Shown here piece by piece: positions 23,090 through 31,133 of a stretch of 32,882 bases of DNA. This stretch comes from a virus: IMG/VR virus record IMGVR_UViG_3300033172_000008. One strand, written 5' to 3'. The position numbers were made by a program, and so were the translations under genes. Each line of letters opens with the position of its first letter. The stretch's first letter is position 1. A model generated the notes under the pieces. The model ran no database searches. It saw only the letters and a program-made list of their open reading frames with translations, and was not told the origin of the DNA.

Positions 23090-25033
23090 TTAAAACAAAG
23101 CACCAAATACTTTACCAAATGTGCCCACGGCACCTCCACCAAAAGCAGTGGAGAAGGCACTAAGAATACCACTGGCTACTAAATCTTTCATCCATTTGTC
23201 TAACATGTTTTTGAACATTTTGTCGAGGTCTTCAAATCCACCATCCCAAGATTGAACAAAAGTGTTGGCAATGTCTCTACTAAAATCCATTGCCAAATTA
23301 TACCTTGATAACCATACTTCATGTTCTGCGTCCAAAATAGGCTGGGCATCTGCCATTGCTGCGGCATATGCTTCTTGGAATGAGTAAGCTTGTGCTGCAC
23401 CTTGTTCTGCACCTAAAGTTATAATTCGTTGCATTTCCGCCTCAGCCCAAGCTTGAAATTCCGCATCACTTTGCTGTGGGGTATAGGATGGTGTTGTAGG
23501 TGCCGCAGGAGCAGACCCGGTAGAACGTTGAGTGGTAGTTGTGGTGGTAGTTGTGGTGGTACCCAGACCCGCTTTAAGACTCTGAAGTTGTGTGATGTAG
23601 TCTTGAACCTGCCCTATGCTTACCTGAATAGCAGAAGAGATGAATCCCCCACCAGTCATTTCAGCGGCCCACTGCATGTGCTGAATACGAACTTCGGCAG
23701 TTGCAATGGCCGCATCTAATTCGGCTTCTGATAAGGCCCTAAGTTCACCTCGGAGTTGTTCAATCATGTCTTGAGAAGCACCCGTTTGAAGCTCCATGGA
23801 TTCAAGTTCCTCAATGAGTGCCATAGCCTTACGAGGAGAAACATCCAGTTCGTCATTGAAGTACTGTTGACTAATTATGGCCTGACGTAGGGATTCGTCT
23901 TGTCTTCTATAGGCTTCATTTTGTTCATCTATAGCCTCATCCATTTCGCGCATTTCGCCAACGAAATCGTTTGCGGCTATGGCAGCTTCGCCCAGTGGGT
24001 TTATCAATAGCCTTACTGCCAATGGTAGCTCTTTATAGGAGTTACCTACCTCAGTTACCCATTTGCCGATGTCTATTAGTACTTTTATAACTTCAGCGCT
24101 GATATAGACAAAGTTAGTTAGCCATTCTATAATCTCAGGCGAAGCCATCTCTAAGAATTCGACAGTAGCCTCCGCTGAATATTCAATGAGTGGTTGAAGT
24201 ATTGCAAGAATATTTTCAAACGCTGGCATCATTGCTTCGAGAACGGGAATAAACTTTGCGCCAATCTCCTCTTGAAAGTCTTTATACCTACCTTCAAGTG
24301 AACGCATCATTCCGTCCATTGAACCCATAGATTTGGCCGCCGCTCCACTGGCATCCGCTGAGTTGTTCATCATGATGTTAAGTCGTGCTTGAGCCGCTTC
24401 AGCCGCAGTTGCCGCTTGCGCCCCACCACTAATTCCCATATTGAGAAGTTCTTGGTCTACTGCCGCCGCTCTAATATCAACACCATATTGAAGCATAGGT
24501 CGAGACATCCCGGCCAAACCGGATTTCATTGCACCTAAAACATCTTCAATTGGTACACCGTTGAATGCGGCTAAATCAGCCGCCAACTTCAACATATCTA
24601 CGGACATGCCTGACGCTTGTTCTCTTGCCACACCCATAGGCACCAAAAAATCCTGAAGGGCTGAAGCAGAATTTTGAAGGGAGTCCATGGAGTAACCTGC
24701 ACTGATAGATAAATCAGTCAATGCCGCTGTAACTTCAGGAGCAAATTCTTTGAACACGGCAAGAAATTTACGAGTCTCGGCTTGGTCTTCGATGGCCGCT
24801 TGAATAGATTCTTTAAGAAATTGGGTATAAGCTTGAACTGCTTGTCCTGCTAATTTAATGGCTTCCATGTAGATGTTGGCTTTGATTGCACCTAAAGCAA
24901 ATTGGTCAGATAAACCACCCATGTTAGTGGATGCTGAATCCGATTGCTGGGTAAGACCCTGCATCTGACGATTGGCATCATCCACTCCGGTGAGTTTAAG
25001 TTCGTAGTCTATCTGTTGTTTGATGTCGGCCAT
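23090..25033 (-). CDS. Tail tape measure protein
   Basis: 647 aa, Ala/Gln/Glu/Met-rich and helical in composition, with a Gly-rich hydrophobic C-terminus. It lies directly after the chaperone ORF pair. Confidence 0.85.
   Translation of the reverse strand: MADIKQQIDYELKLTGVDDANRQMQGLTQQSDSASTNMGGLSDQFALGAIKANIYMEAIKLAGQAVQAYTQFLKESIQAAIEDQAETRKFLAVFKEFAPEVTAALTDLSISAGYSMDSLQNSASALQDFLVPMGVAREQASGMSVDMLKLAADLAAFNGVPIEDVLGAMKSGLAGMSRPMLQYGVDIRAAAVDQELLNMGISGGAQAATAAEAAQARLNIMMNNSADASGAAAKSMGSMDGMMRSLEGRYKDFQEEIGAKFIPVLEAMMPAFENILAILQPLIEYSAEATVEFLEMASPEIIEWLTNFVYISAEVIKVLIDIGKWVTEVGNSYKELPLAVRLLINPLGEAAIAANDFVGEMREMDEAIDEQNEAYRRQDESLRQAIISQQYFNDELDVSPRKAMALIEELESMELQTGASQDMIEQLRGELRALSEAELDAAIATAEVRIQHMQWAAEMTGGGFISSAIQVSIGQVQDYITQLQSLKAGLGTTTTTTTTTTQRSTGSAPAAPTTPSYTPQQSDAEFQAWAEAEMQRIITLGAEQGAAQAYSFQEAYAAAMADAQPILDAEHEVWLSRYNLAMDFSRDIANTFVQSWDGGFEDLDKMFKNMLDKWMKDLVASGILSAFSTAFGGGAVGTFGKVFGALF
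23531..23560 (-). repeat. Tandem 12-nt codon repeat encoding Thr x10 inside the tape measure
   Basis: Minus strand reads ACCACCACAACT ACCACCACAACT ACCACT. Confidence 0.9.
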
Positions 25034-25035
25034 GT

Positions 25036-25296
25036 TTATTTAGTCCTATCTGCCATTCGTTCTTTCATCTTGAATTGGGAAGCCCTATTGCTGGCATTCT
25101 TGTACACCGTAATCGCCTCATCAACCCACATAGGTGCCGTTACTAAATTTAGACCAAGCTGGCCTGTCTCCCACCATGAAGTCATTTTAGCCACCTGTAC
25201 CGCGAAAGGGGAAATTAGAACCTTGGGACAACCACCTACTGCTTCGGCCTTGAAAATTACAGGCATCTGATTAGGGAGGTGGGATTCTGCAATCAT
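25036..25296 (-). CDS. Tail assembly chaperone, T-like ORF (probably expressed as a frameshift extension)
   Basis: 86-aa ORF in the -1 frame relative to 25302-25727. That frame stays open for 45 codons upstream of its ATG, and its own RBS is poor. Confidence 0.5.
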   Translation of the reverse strand: MIAESHLPNQMPVIFKAEAVGGCPKVLISPFAVQVAKMTSWWETGQLGLNLVTAPMWVDEAITVYKNASNRASQFKMKERMADRTK

Positions 25297-25301
25297 AACC
25301 C

Positions 25302-25727
25302 TTACTTTCTCGGGGTCTTCTTTGCCGCAGGTTTTGATGCAGATGGTACCTCTTCGATTACAGTTGGAACAGTCGAATCGGTCTCCGAAGACTGAGAGCC
25401 AACCTGCGGCTTCAATTCCCCCAACTCTACCTCAGACAATCTTGATGCACTCCAAATTTGACCTTGAAGGGGCATAACTATCTGGTAGGGAAGAATCTTA
25501 TAAAGGTCTACGGGGTTCTTTGGGTCTTTCTCCCACATAGGGTATTCTATTCCACCAATTTCGATGTTCGAAATTTTGACTACACACTTGTTAATCATGT
25601 GTGCAGTAAGTTCATCCATGTCGGTGTAAATTAGCATTCCGGTCAGTGGTCTGAAATAGAACACTGTATCCGGGGCCGCTGAGGAAGACCATTCATGGAG
25701 ATGGTCGGGGTCAATTGTTCTTAGCAT
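25302..25727 (-). CDS. Tail assembly chaperone, G-like
   Basis: 141 aa between the tube genes and the tape measure. Acidic, Ser/Thr/Pro-rich C-terminus. RBS GGGAG. Confidence 0.65.
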   Translation of the reverse strand: MLRTIDPDHLHEWSSSAAPDTVFYFRPLTGMLIYTDMDELTAHMINKCVVKISNIEIGGIEYPMWEKDPKNPVDLYKILPYQIVMPLQGQIWSASRLSEVELGELKPQVGSQSSETDSTVPTVIEEVPSASKPAAKKTPRK

Positions 25728-25760
25728 ATCAAATCTCCCTGTAAGTTGTTCGGGTGATTT

Positions 25761-25814
25761 GGGCAGTAGGGAAAGGAGTAAAACCTACTGCCCAGCGGGG
25801 AGGGAGAAACCCGC
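25761..25814 (-). terminator. Two stem-loops downstream of the tube genes (attenuator/terminator candidates)
   Basis: GCGGG-N10-CCCGC (25795-25814) and GGGCAGTAGG-N13-CCTACTGCCC (25761-25793). No clear U-tract. Confidence 0.35.
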
Positions 25815-25834
25815 ATCGCCCGAAATTAAACCCT

Positions 25835-26905
25835 CTATTTATCAATTGGTTGCCATGGGTCAGGAATACCATAAGTCTTAATGTAATAACCACTTTTAGC
25901 TGGAGTTGTTCCGGTGGCGGTCATAATCATCTTGACTTTCTGAGTTGCTTCATTCCCCATGTTAGGATTACAACTTGGTACATCTACAATTTTGCCTGTG
26001 AAGTATATATCAGTTTGAGCAAATACAGTTCCAAAGGAGCCTCCATATTCATTAAATTCTGGACCCTGTATACGAACCATGAATGTACCTAAGGTACTAA
26101 CGGGGGTAACGGAAGTTCCCAAACCATCAATGTATACGAAGCGAGAATAAAAATTCTCATCAACCCAAACATCCATTTCCAACGTGGCCTCAAATACTCC
26201 CAAGGTAAAGCCTATAGGTTGTTTGCTTGATGGTCCAAATTGAGTCTGAATGTTATTACTGGATGTAATCTTGAAGCTGGCAGGGTGAAATCGTGTTCCA
26301 TTCCATGAACATGAAATTCCCGGAGCTTGATAGTAATGTCTCTGGTAGGATGTGTCGGAAGCAAATACCACCCCGGACACAGAAGAGTTGGGGGTAACAT
26401 TCTGGCTGTAGAATGTGGGAGTCAACATAACAGGTTGACCCACTTTCCAATCTACAACTAATTTATTCATGATGCACTTCTCAAACACATAAGCCCTACC
26501 TAAGCCCAGACCAATGTCTCGGGCAATAGTGAATCCACCCAAGGTTCCCGGTTGACCTGAGTAAGGGAAATGGTAATCCCAGCCAGGTTCAGGAGGAGTA
26601 GGACAAGAAGATTCCGCATTTTGAAAATGTGAATTCAGCAACCTATTCAATGTCTTCTGCCAGTTGTCTGCATCAAACCAAAAAGGAGTAGCACCTAAGG
26701 CACCCTGAGGTTGGACCTTAAGTATTCTAAGGTCTTCTTGGCGATGGAACCTATTTCCCAACACAGACCGGGCGTATGGAACAGCACCAACGGATAGGGA
26801 ATCCGGTTGGTCACTACACCAACGGAACCCGGAAGTTCCCAGTGTACCCAACGGTCTTTCCCATGCCAAGTTAATACTGTTCTGCCATCCGGCGATTATT
26901 GCCAT
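25835..26905 (-). CDS. Tail tube protein, paralogue 2
   Basis: 356 aa. Shares blocks with 26917-27921: GALGAxP, LNxHFQ, GQPxMxTPTF, QAPxIS..WNG....PASF.IxSxNN. Confidence 0.65.
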   Translation of the reverse strand: MAIIAGWQNSINLAWERPLGTLGTSGFRWCSDQPDSLSVGAVPYARSVLGNRFHRQEDLRILKVQPQGALGATPFWFDADNWQKTLNRLLNSHFQNAESSCPTPPEPGWDYHFPYSGQPGTLGGFTIARDIGLGLGRAYVFEKCIMNKLVVDWKVGQPVMLTPTFYSQNVTPNSSVSGVVFASDTSYQRHYYQAPGISCSWNGTRFHPASFKITSSNNIQTQFGPSSKQPIGFTLGVFEATLEMDVWVDENFYSRFVYIDGLGTSVTPVSTLGTFMVRIQGPEFNEYGGSFGTVFAQTDIYFTGKIVDVPSCNPNMGNEATQKVKMIMTATGTTPAKSGYYIKTYGIPDPWQPIDK

Positions 26906-26916
26906 TAGGTAACTCC

Positions 26917-27921
26917 TTAGCCCAGAAGACTATCTACATCTTGTGTTAAGGTAAGCACTGGAAGAGAAGTATCAGCCATAACCCTAAGGTTAATGGTGTC
27001 AACCAAATCACCAGTATTAGCATTCAAATCGTTGGGAGCTTCAACTCTGCAATACGCAGTGTAGGTCATGGTTACAGCCGCAGACCCACCCAATGTTCCA
27101 TAGGATGTGTCCATTGTAGCAGTAATCACAACAGTACCCAGTGAGTTGTTATAAAATGGGGCTACCCAATCAGTATCCGCATTTTCATTTCTCCACACAC
27201 TCAATTCGATATTGCCTGAGTAGTCGCCTACTACGAAGCCTTTACGACCCTTGGCATCCCCAGCCTGTTTGTCCGGGGTGTTGTTCCTCGAAGAGATGGT
27301 GAAGCTTGCGGGGTAAATTTCGCTTCCATTCCATTGAACGGAAATGTTAGGGGCTTGAAGGTATCCACCAGCGGAAGGAGTAGGAATTGATTCAGGCATG
27401 GTCCCGGCATTGCTGGATTCCATGGCCTTGAAGGTAGGGGTGAACATTATAGGCTGACCGGATTCCCAAGCAATTTCCAGTTCGTCCACTATGCAACCAA
27501 GGTAGAGATGGGCCCGACTATCCACACCCGTGTCTTTCAACACAGACAGTGTAAACCAAGCGTCATCATCCAACCCAGAAGTAGGAGTGAATGTATAGGT
27601 GTAAGGGCTTGCGGTACCGGAAGTACCTACGGACTGAAAGTGAGCATTGAGGATGGACAGGAATTTAGCATCCGCTGTACCTAAGGCAATAGGGGCCGCA
27701 CCCAAAGCTCCACCCGGAAGATTTTGGCACTCTCTAAGACCTGAAGACAACTGACCTCTGGCACCCCTAAGTACCTTGATGTCAATTGGTTCTTCGCCAA
27801 AAGTTAGGGAGTCGCTTTCTTCGGAGTCCCACAGGAAGGCATAACTCGAAGTCTCAGTTCCCATTCCGGCTTCGGTCCCAAAAACGACACATGTTAAAAA
27901 CGAACTAATTGTTCTGGACAT
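26917..27921 (-). CDS. Tail tube protein, paralogue 1
   Basis: 334 aa, located between the neck proteins and the chaperones. Paralogous to 25835-26905. Confidence 0.65.
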   Translation of the reverse strand: MSRTISSFLTCVVFGTEAGMGTETSSYAFLWDSEESDSLTFGEEPIDIKVLRGARGQLSSGLRECQNLPGGALGAAPIALGTADAKFLSILNAHFQSVGTSGTASPYTYTFTPTSGLDDDAWFTLSVLKDTGVDSRAHLYLGCIVDELEIAWESGQPIMFTPTFKAMESSNAGTMPESIPTPSAGGYLQAPNISVQWNGSEIYPASFTISSRNNTPDKQAGDAKGRKGFVVGDYSGNIELSVWRNENADTDWVAPFYNNSLGTVVITATMDTSYGTLGGSAAVTMTYTAYCRVEAPNDLNANTGDLVDTINLRVMADTSLPVLTLTQDVDSLLG

Positions 27922-27934
27922 GATTTAACCTCTC

Positions 27935-28420
27935 TTATTCCAAAATTTTGCGTATCAAGTACGCTTCGATTTCTTTACGTATTAATTTGATGTTTGCTTC
28001 GGAAAAACCCGTTATGATGTTCTTCCACTTATCTGCCGCCACCTGAGCTATTGTCCTATTACGGTCACCCTTAGGTCCAACCTTAACACTGGTGTCAGTA
28101 ATTTCAGCTGCATAGGATTTCCTCAATTCTTCAGTGTCAGTCAATCTTATCTTGTCTGATGTTACCTTTTCACCGGATGGTCTGGTGTTATACTTCTTGG
28201 ACCACCTGCCCCCAAATTTAGTTTCCTCTGCATTGGATTTCCATTTGTGCCCATTGGCATCACTGCCTGTGGCGAAACGAAGTGCGACGAAATTTAACAT
28301 CATCTTTTCAATTTGCTTTATGACACCCTCTCGGATGTCCTTGCTATCAAAAGTCTTCTGAACTTTCTTCAGTGACTTAGGTAGGTCTCGGAAATTAATA
28401 GCTGGTAGTGAGGTAGCCAT
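27935..28420 (-). CDS. Head-tail joining / tail-completion protein (HK97 gp10 / Mu G-like pattern)
   Basis: 161 aa. RFATGSDANGHKWK...LTDTEELRKS resembles the virion-morphogenesis family pattern. Confidence 0.55.
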   Translation of the reverse strand: MATSLPAINFRDLPKSLKKVQKTFDSKDIREGVIKQIEKMMLNFVALRFATGSDANGHKWKSNAEETKFGGRWSKKYNTRPSGEKVTSDKIRLTDTEELRKSYAAEITDTSVKVGPKGDRNRTIAQVAADKWKNIITGFSEANIKLIRKEIEAYLIRKILE

Positions 28421-29178
28421 TACCTCTCCAAAAAGGTTGTGTATCCAGCAACTCGTCTGGACTTGGAATCTCTTTCAGGGTAACAACTAATTTGCCATTG
28501 CTGGCCTACTTTATAGGAGTCAATGTATTTGTAGAGGAATCTAATTTCAACACCAAAGCTGAGAGGTATGAAGTTCCAGTCACATTTGACATTCTCTCTA
28601 TACCATCCTTCATCCTCGTCCGTCTTCCAGCGAAAAGTGGAGGTTGCTAAATTAGACCCTACTGTTTGAAGTTCAATGGTGAAGATTCGGGGGTACAGGT
28701 CTTCGGTGTAGTAGCAACCCGGCACTCCATAGTTGGATTCAATCCACTCCGAATTTGGAGTAATGGCCTCTGTTCCAGTCCCTACGGTAAGGGCAGTAGG
28801 CATACCAATTCCAATTTGTCCCACAGTCGGTTCAGGGTCAATTCGTCTGCGCCCTGATTTGAAATCTTCAAGAATGCCCTCGGCATCGGTATGGAAGACT
28901 GTCCAGTAACCTTCGGCTCCCTCTTTGTTTGCCAGCATCCTCCGAGACAACGCCAGATATACGGCTTCACTTGCCGTGGCTAAACGAATAAAGAAGTTGG
29001 GGGAGGTGCCAGTGGCAGGTAGGGACAATGATGGAGTAGGGTTGAACTCACAGATGGATGTATACACCCACTCGGAAGCTTGTTCCAGAATGGAATCCAA
29101 TATGGCTCCACTGGCTAAAGCGGAAAAGTCTTCGTAAAGCACCTCACAATCTGTGATGCCAATGAATTTTCTCGCCAT
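28420..29178 (-). CDS. Head-tail adaptor-like protein with C-terminal extension
   Basis: 252 aa. The N-terminus (ITDCEVLYEDF...LEQASEWV) resembles gp6-type connector proteins. First gene after the GT cassette. Confidence 0.5.
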   Translation of the reverse strand: MARKFIGITDCEVLYEDFSALASGAILDSILEQASEWVYTSICEFNPTPSLSLPATGTSPNFFIRLATASEAVYLALSRRMLANKEGAEGYWTVFHTDAEGILEDFKSGRRRIDPEPTVGQIGIGMPTALTVGTGTEAITPNSEWIESNYGVPGCYYTEDLYPRIFTIELQTVGSNLATSTFRWKTDEDEGWYRENVKCDWNFIPLSFGVEIRFLYKYIDSYKVGQQWQISCYPERDSKSRRVAGYTTFLER

Positions 29179-29191
29179 GTTTTACCTCTGA

Positions 29192-29887
29192 TTAAATGTT
29201 TTCTAAGATGGTTTTTATTAGGGATGTATACTTACGGTGAAAAGTCTGTTGGTCTAATTTGAACGTAAGCTCATCACGTTTCTTCTCTTCACTTATAAAT
29301 ATACAATTCTCCGTGAAAAGGTTCATCTTCTCCGGGGCAAAGAACCCAAGACCATGGTCAAGACCTACTTCAAACCCAGCCCAACGACATCTCAGAGTAT
29401 AATCAGTGAGAATGAAGAACTCCTTCAAGGCTGTGTCGAACTGACCCACATCCAATAAGGCTCGATAGGGTACTGAAATCATGTTGTGGTCAAAACAATT
29501 TACAGGTCTTATGGCATCACTCTGGTGGTAACCACTGGCATACTTGATGATGGGGAATCCTGATTGAATTTCGGCTGTCAATTCCACGGACTGATTAACC
29601 CTATCCATGAGGGTAGGGGAAATTACCATATCTTGATTCAACTGTTCAACATGTCTCTCGAAATCGAAGCAAGCAGTGTTGGGAATGAACCCAGCCCTGA
29701 CCACCATGAGGTTGGCCTTTTCGTCCAGACAAATTTCCCTACACAAGTTAAAGGCATCAGACATTTTACCGCTATAGGCAAGGATGTTCAACATGTCTTC
29801 AGATACTATTTCCTTCATGGCTTCAAAGGTCTGATTGGCCTTTTCATCCTCGATGGAATTCTTGATGATGAATATTTTAGTGTGCAT
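29192..29887 (-). CDS. GT-A/GT2-like glycosyltransferase (divergent)
   Basis: 231 aa from the ATG at 29887, which overlaps the GT9 stop. The C-terminal segment YRALLDVGQFD...TDYTLRCRWAGFEV matches the usual GT2 C-terminal pattern. Confidence 0.45.
   Translation of the reverse strand: MHTKIFIIKNSIEDEKANQTFEAMKEIVSEDMLNILAYSGKMSDAFNLCREICLDEKANLMVVRAGFIPNTACFDFERHVEQLNQDMVISPTLMDRVNQSVELTAEIQSGFPIIKYASGYHQSDAIRPVNCFDHNMISVPYRALLDVGQFDTALKEFFILTDYTLRCRWAGFEVGLDHGLGFFAPEKMNLFTENCIFISEEKKRDELTFKLDQQTFHRKYTSLIKTILENI
29296..29326 (-). promoter_or_regulatory. Weaker intragenic ATGAACC-N18-TATTTA element upstream of the connector/tail genes
   Basis: Minus strand reads ATGAACC ttttcacggagaattgta TATTTA. 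It lies 117 nt upstream of the ATG at 29178. Confidence 0.3.
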
Positions 29888-31133
29888 CAGTCTCACCTTT
29901 CAACCAACTGTAATTTGCGGTTAAGACATCCACTAAATCAATGGACGCTGTGCAATAGGGTATTTCCATCCTAAGGGATTCTAATTTCTGGAAAGCATTA
30001 TTTACCTTCGCATTAAGGGTGGCCTCCGATGTACACTTAAAATAGGTGATTGGGTCTTTGGTAGGGAGAGGCTTCACAGGAGGAAGTCCAGCTTGCGCCC
30101 TAACCATGGGTTCCATAGGGAGCATCTCCAACAACTGTCTTTCCTCAGGGTCTAATTTAGACCAAGCTTCAACCTGCTTACGAGGACAGTCCCTTGTAAT
30201 TTGGTAGCACTTACATACCTGATTACCCAATGTAACTTGCGAATCTACGGTGATTTCATATCGGTAATACTTGGATATGGTGTGTGCCGGGACAAAGGTG
30301 TAATAGGTTATGTGTCTTATGCCCAGAGCTTCAGCCAAGTGAGACACTCCGGTATCGGCAGTAATGGCAAATTGGCACTGTTCCAGCAGAGCCGCAGTAG
30401 CCCTAATAGGTTTGATTTCCTTGGGGATTTCAATTTTCATCCCATTGATGGTCAAGAAACCACCACCTTGAGGTCTCTCTTGAGTGGGAACTTCCTGATT
30501 CCAAAGTAGAATACTGTGTCCCTTTTCAATGAGGAATCTGCTTATACCTAAGGGGGAGATGGTCTTAGCTGCACTGGAAGATGTGGTCTGGATAAACACA
30601 GGCTTGGTTCTGCACTTACTCAATATGGATTTAGCCCAAGCTCTTTCCTCTTCCCTCACGAAATAGTTGGGTCTCTTCTCATCATCCGACATGGTGTAAG
30701 GGTTAATTCCAGCCCAATTTAGATGGTTGTCATAGGTGTTGATGTAAGTGGAATTCTGAGTAGGACTAATTTCCGGGTGCTGAGTGTTTGCCTCGATGAC
30801 GCGGAAGTAGTTCGCGACATTAAAGGGTCGCCAAGGTCGGTTTAATTTAGTTTTATAGAGTCGGTACAATGCCATGTCAGCAATGTATACACCTTGATAG
30901 TCAACCAAATTAATGGGATGTCCATTAACATCAGCTTTGTATGTGCCGAATCTTGAACTTAAGTAGATGTGCTTGATGTAAGGGTTGTTCTCCAACACAG
31001 GCAAGCCCATGTCATTTACCACTACATCAACCTGATAGCCTAATTCAGTCAGCTTCTTTGCCACTGGGGTGAGGAATAAAGCATCGCCTATTCCACCATA
31101 TCGAAGCAGTAGGAACCTTTCTTTGGAAGCCAT
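29877..31133 (-). CDS. GT9-family heptosyltransferase-like glycosyltransferase with Cys-rich C-terminal extension
   Basis: 418 aa. N-terminal LLLRYGGIGDALFLTPVAKKL and TADTGVSHLAEALGI are the hallmark GT9 (WaaC/WaaF-type) motifs. There is an extra CKCYQITRDC cluster. Confidence 0.75.
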   Translation of the reverse strand: MASKERFLLLRYGGIGDALFLTPVAKKLTELGYQVDVVVNDMGLPVLENNPYIKHIYLSSRFGTYKADVNGHPINLVDYQGVYIADMALYRLYKTKLNRPWRPFNVANYFRVIEANTQHPEISPTQNSTYINTYDNHLNWAGINPYTMSDDEKRPNYFVREEERAWAKSILSKCRTKPVFIQTTSSSAAKTISPLGISRFLIEKGHSILLWNQEVPTQERPQGGGFLTINGMKIEIPKEIKPIRATAALLEQCQFAITADTGVSHLAEALGIRHITYYTFVPAHTISKYYRYEITVDSQVTLGNQVCKCYQITRDCPRKQVEAWSKLDPEERQLLEMLPMEPMVRAQAGLPPVKPLPTKDPITYFKCTSEATLNAKVNNAFQKLESLRMEIPYCTASIDLVDVLTANYSWLKGETDAH

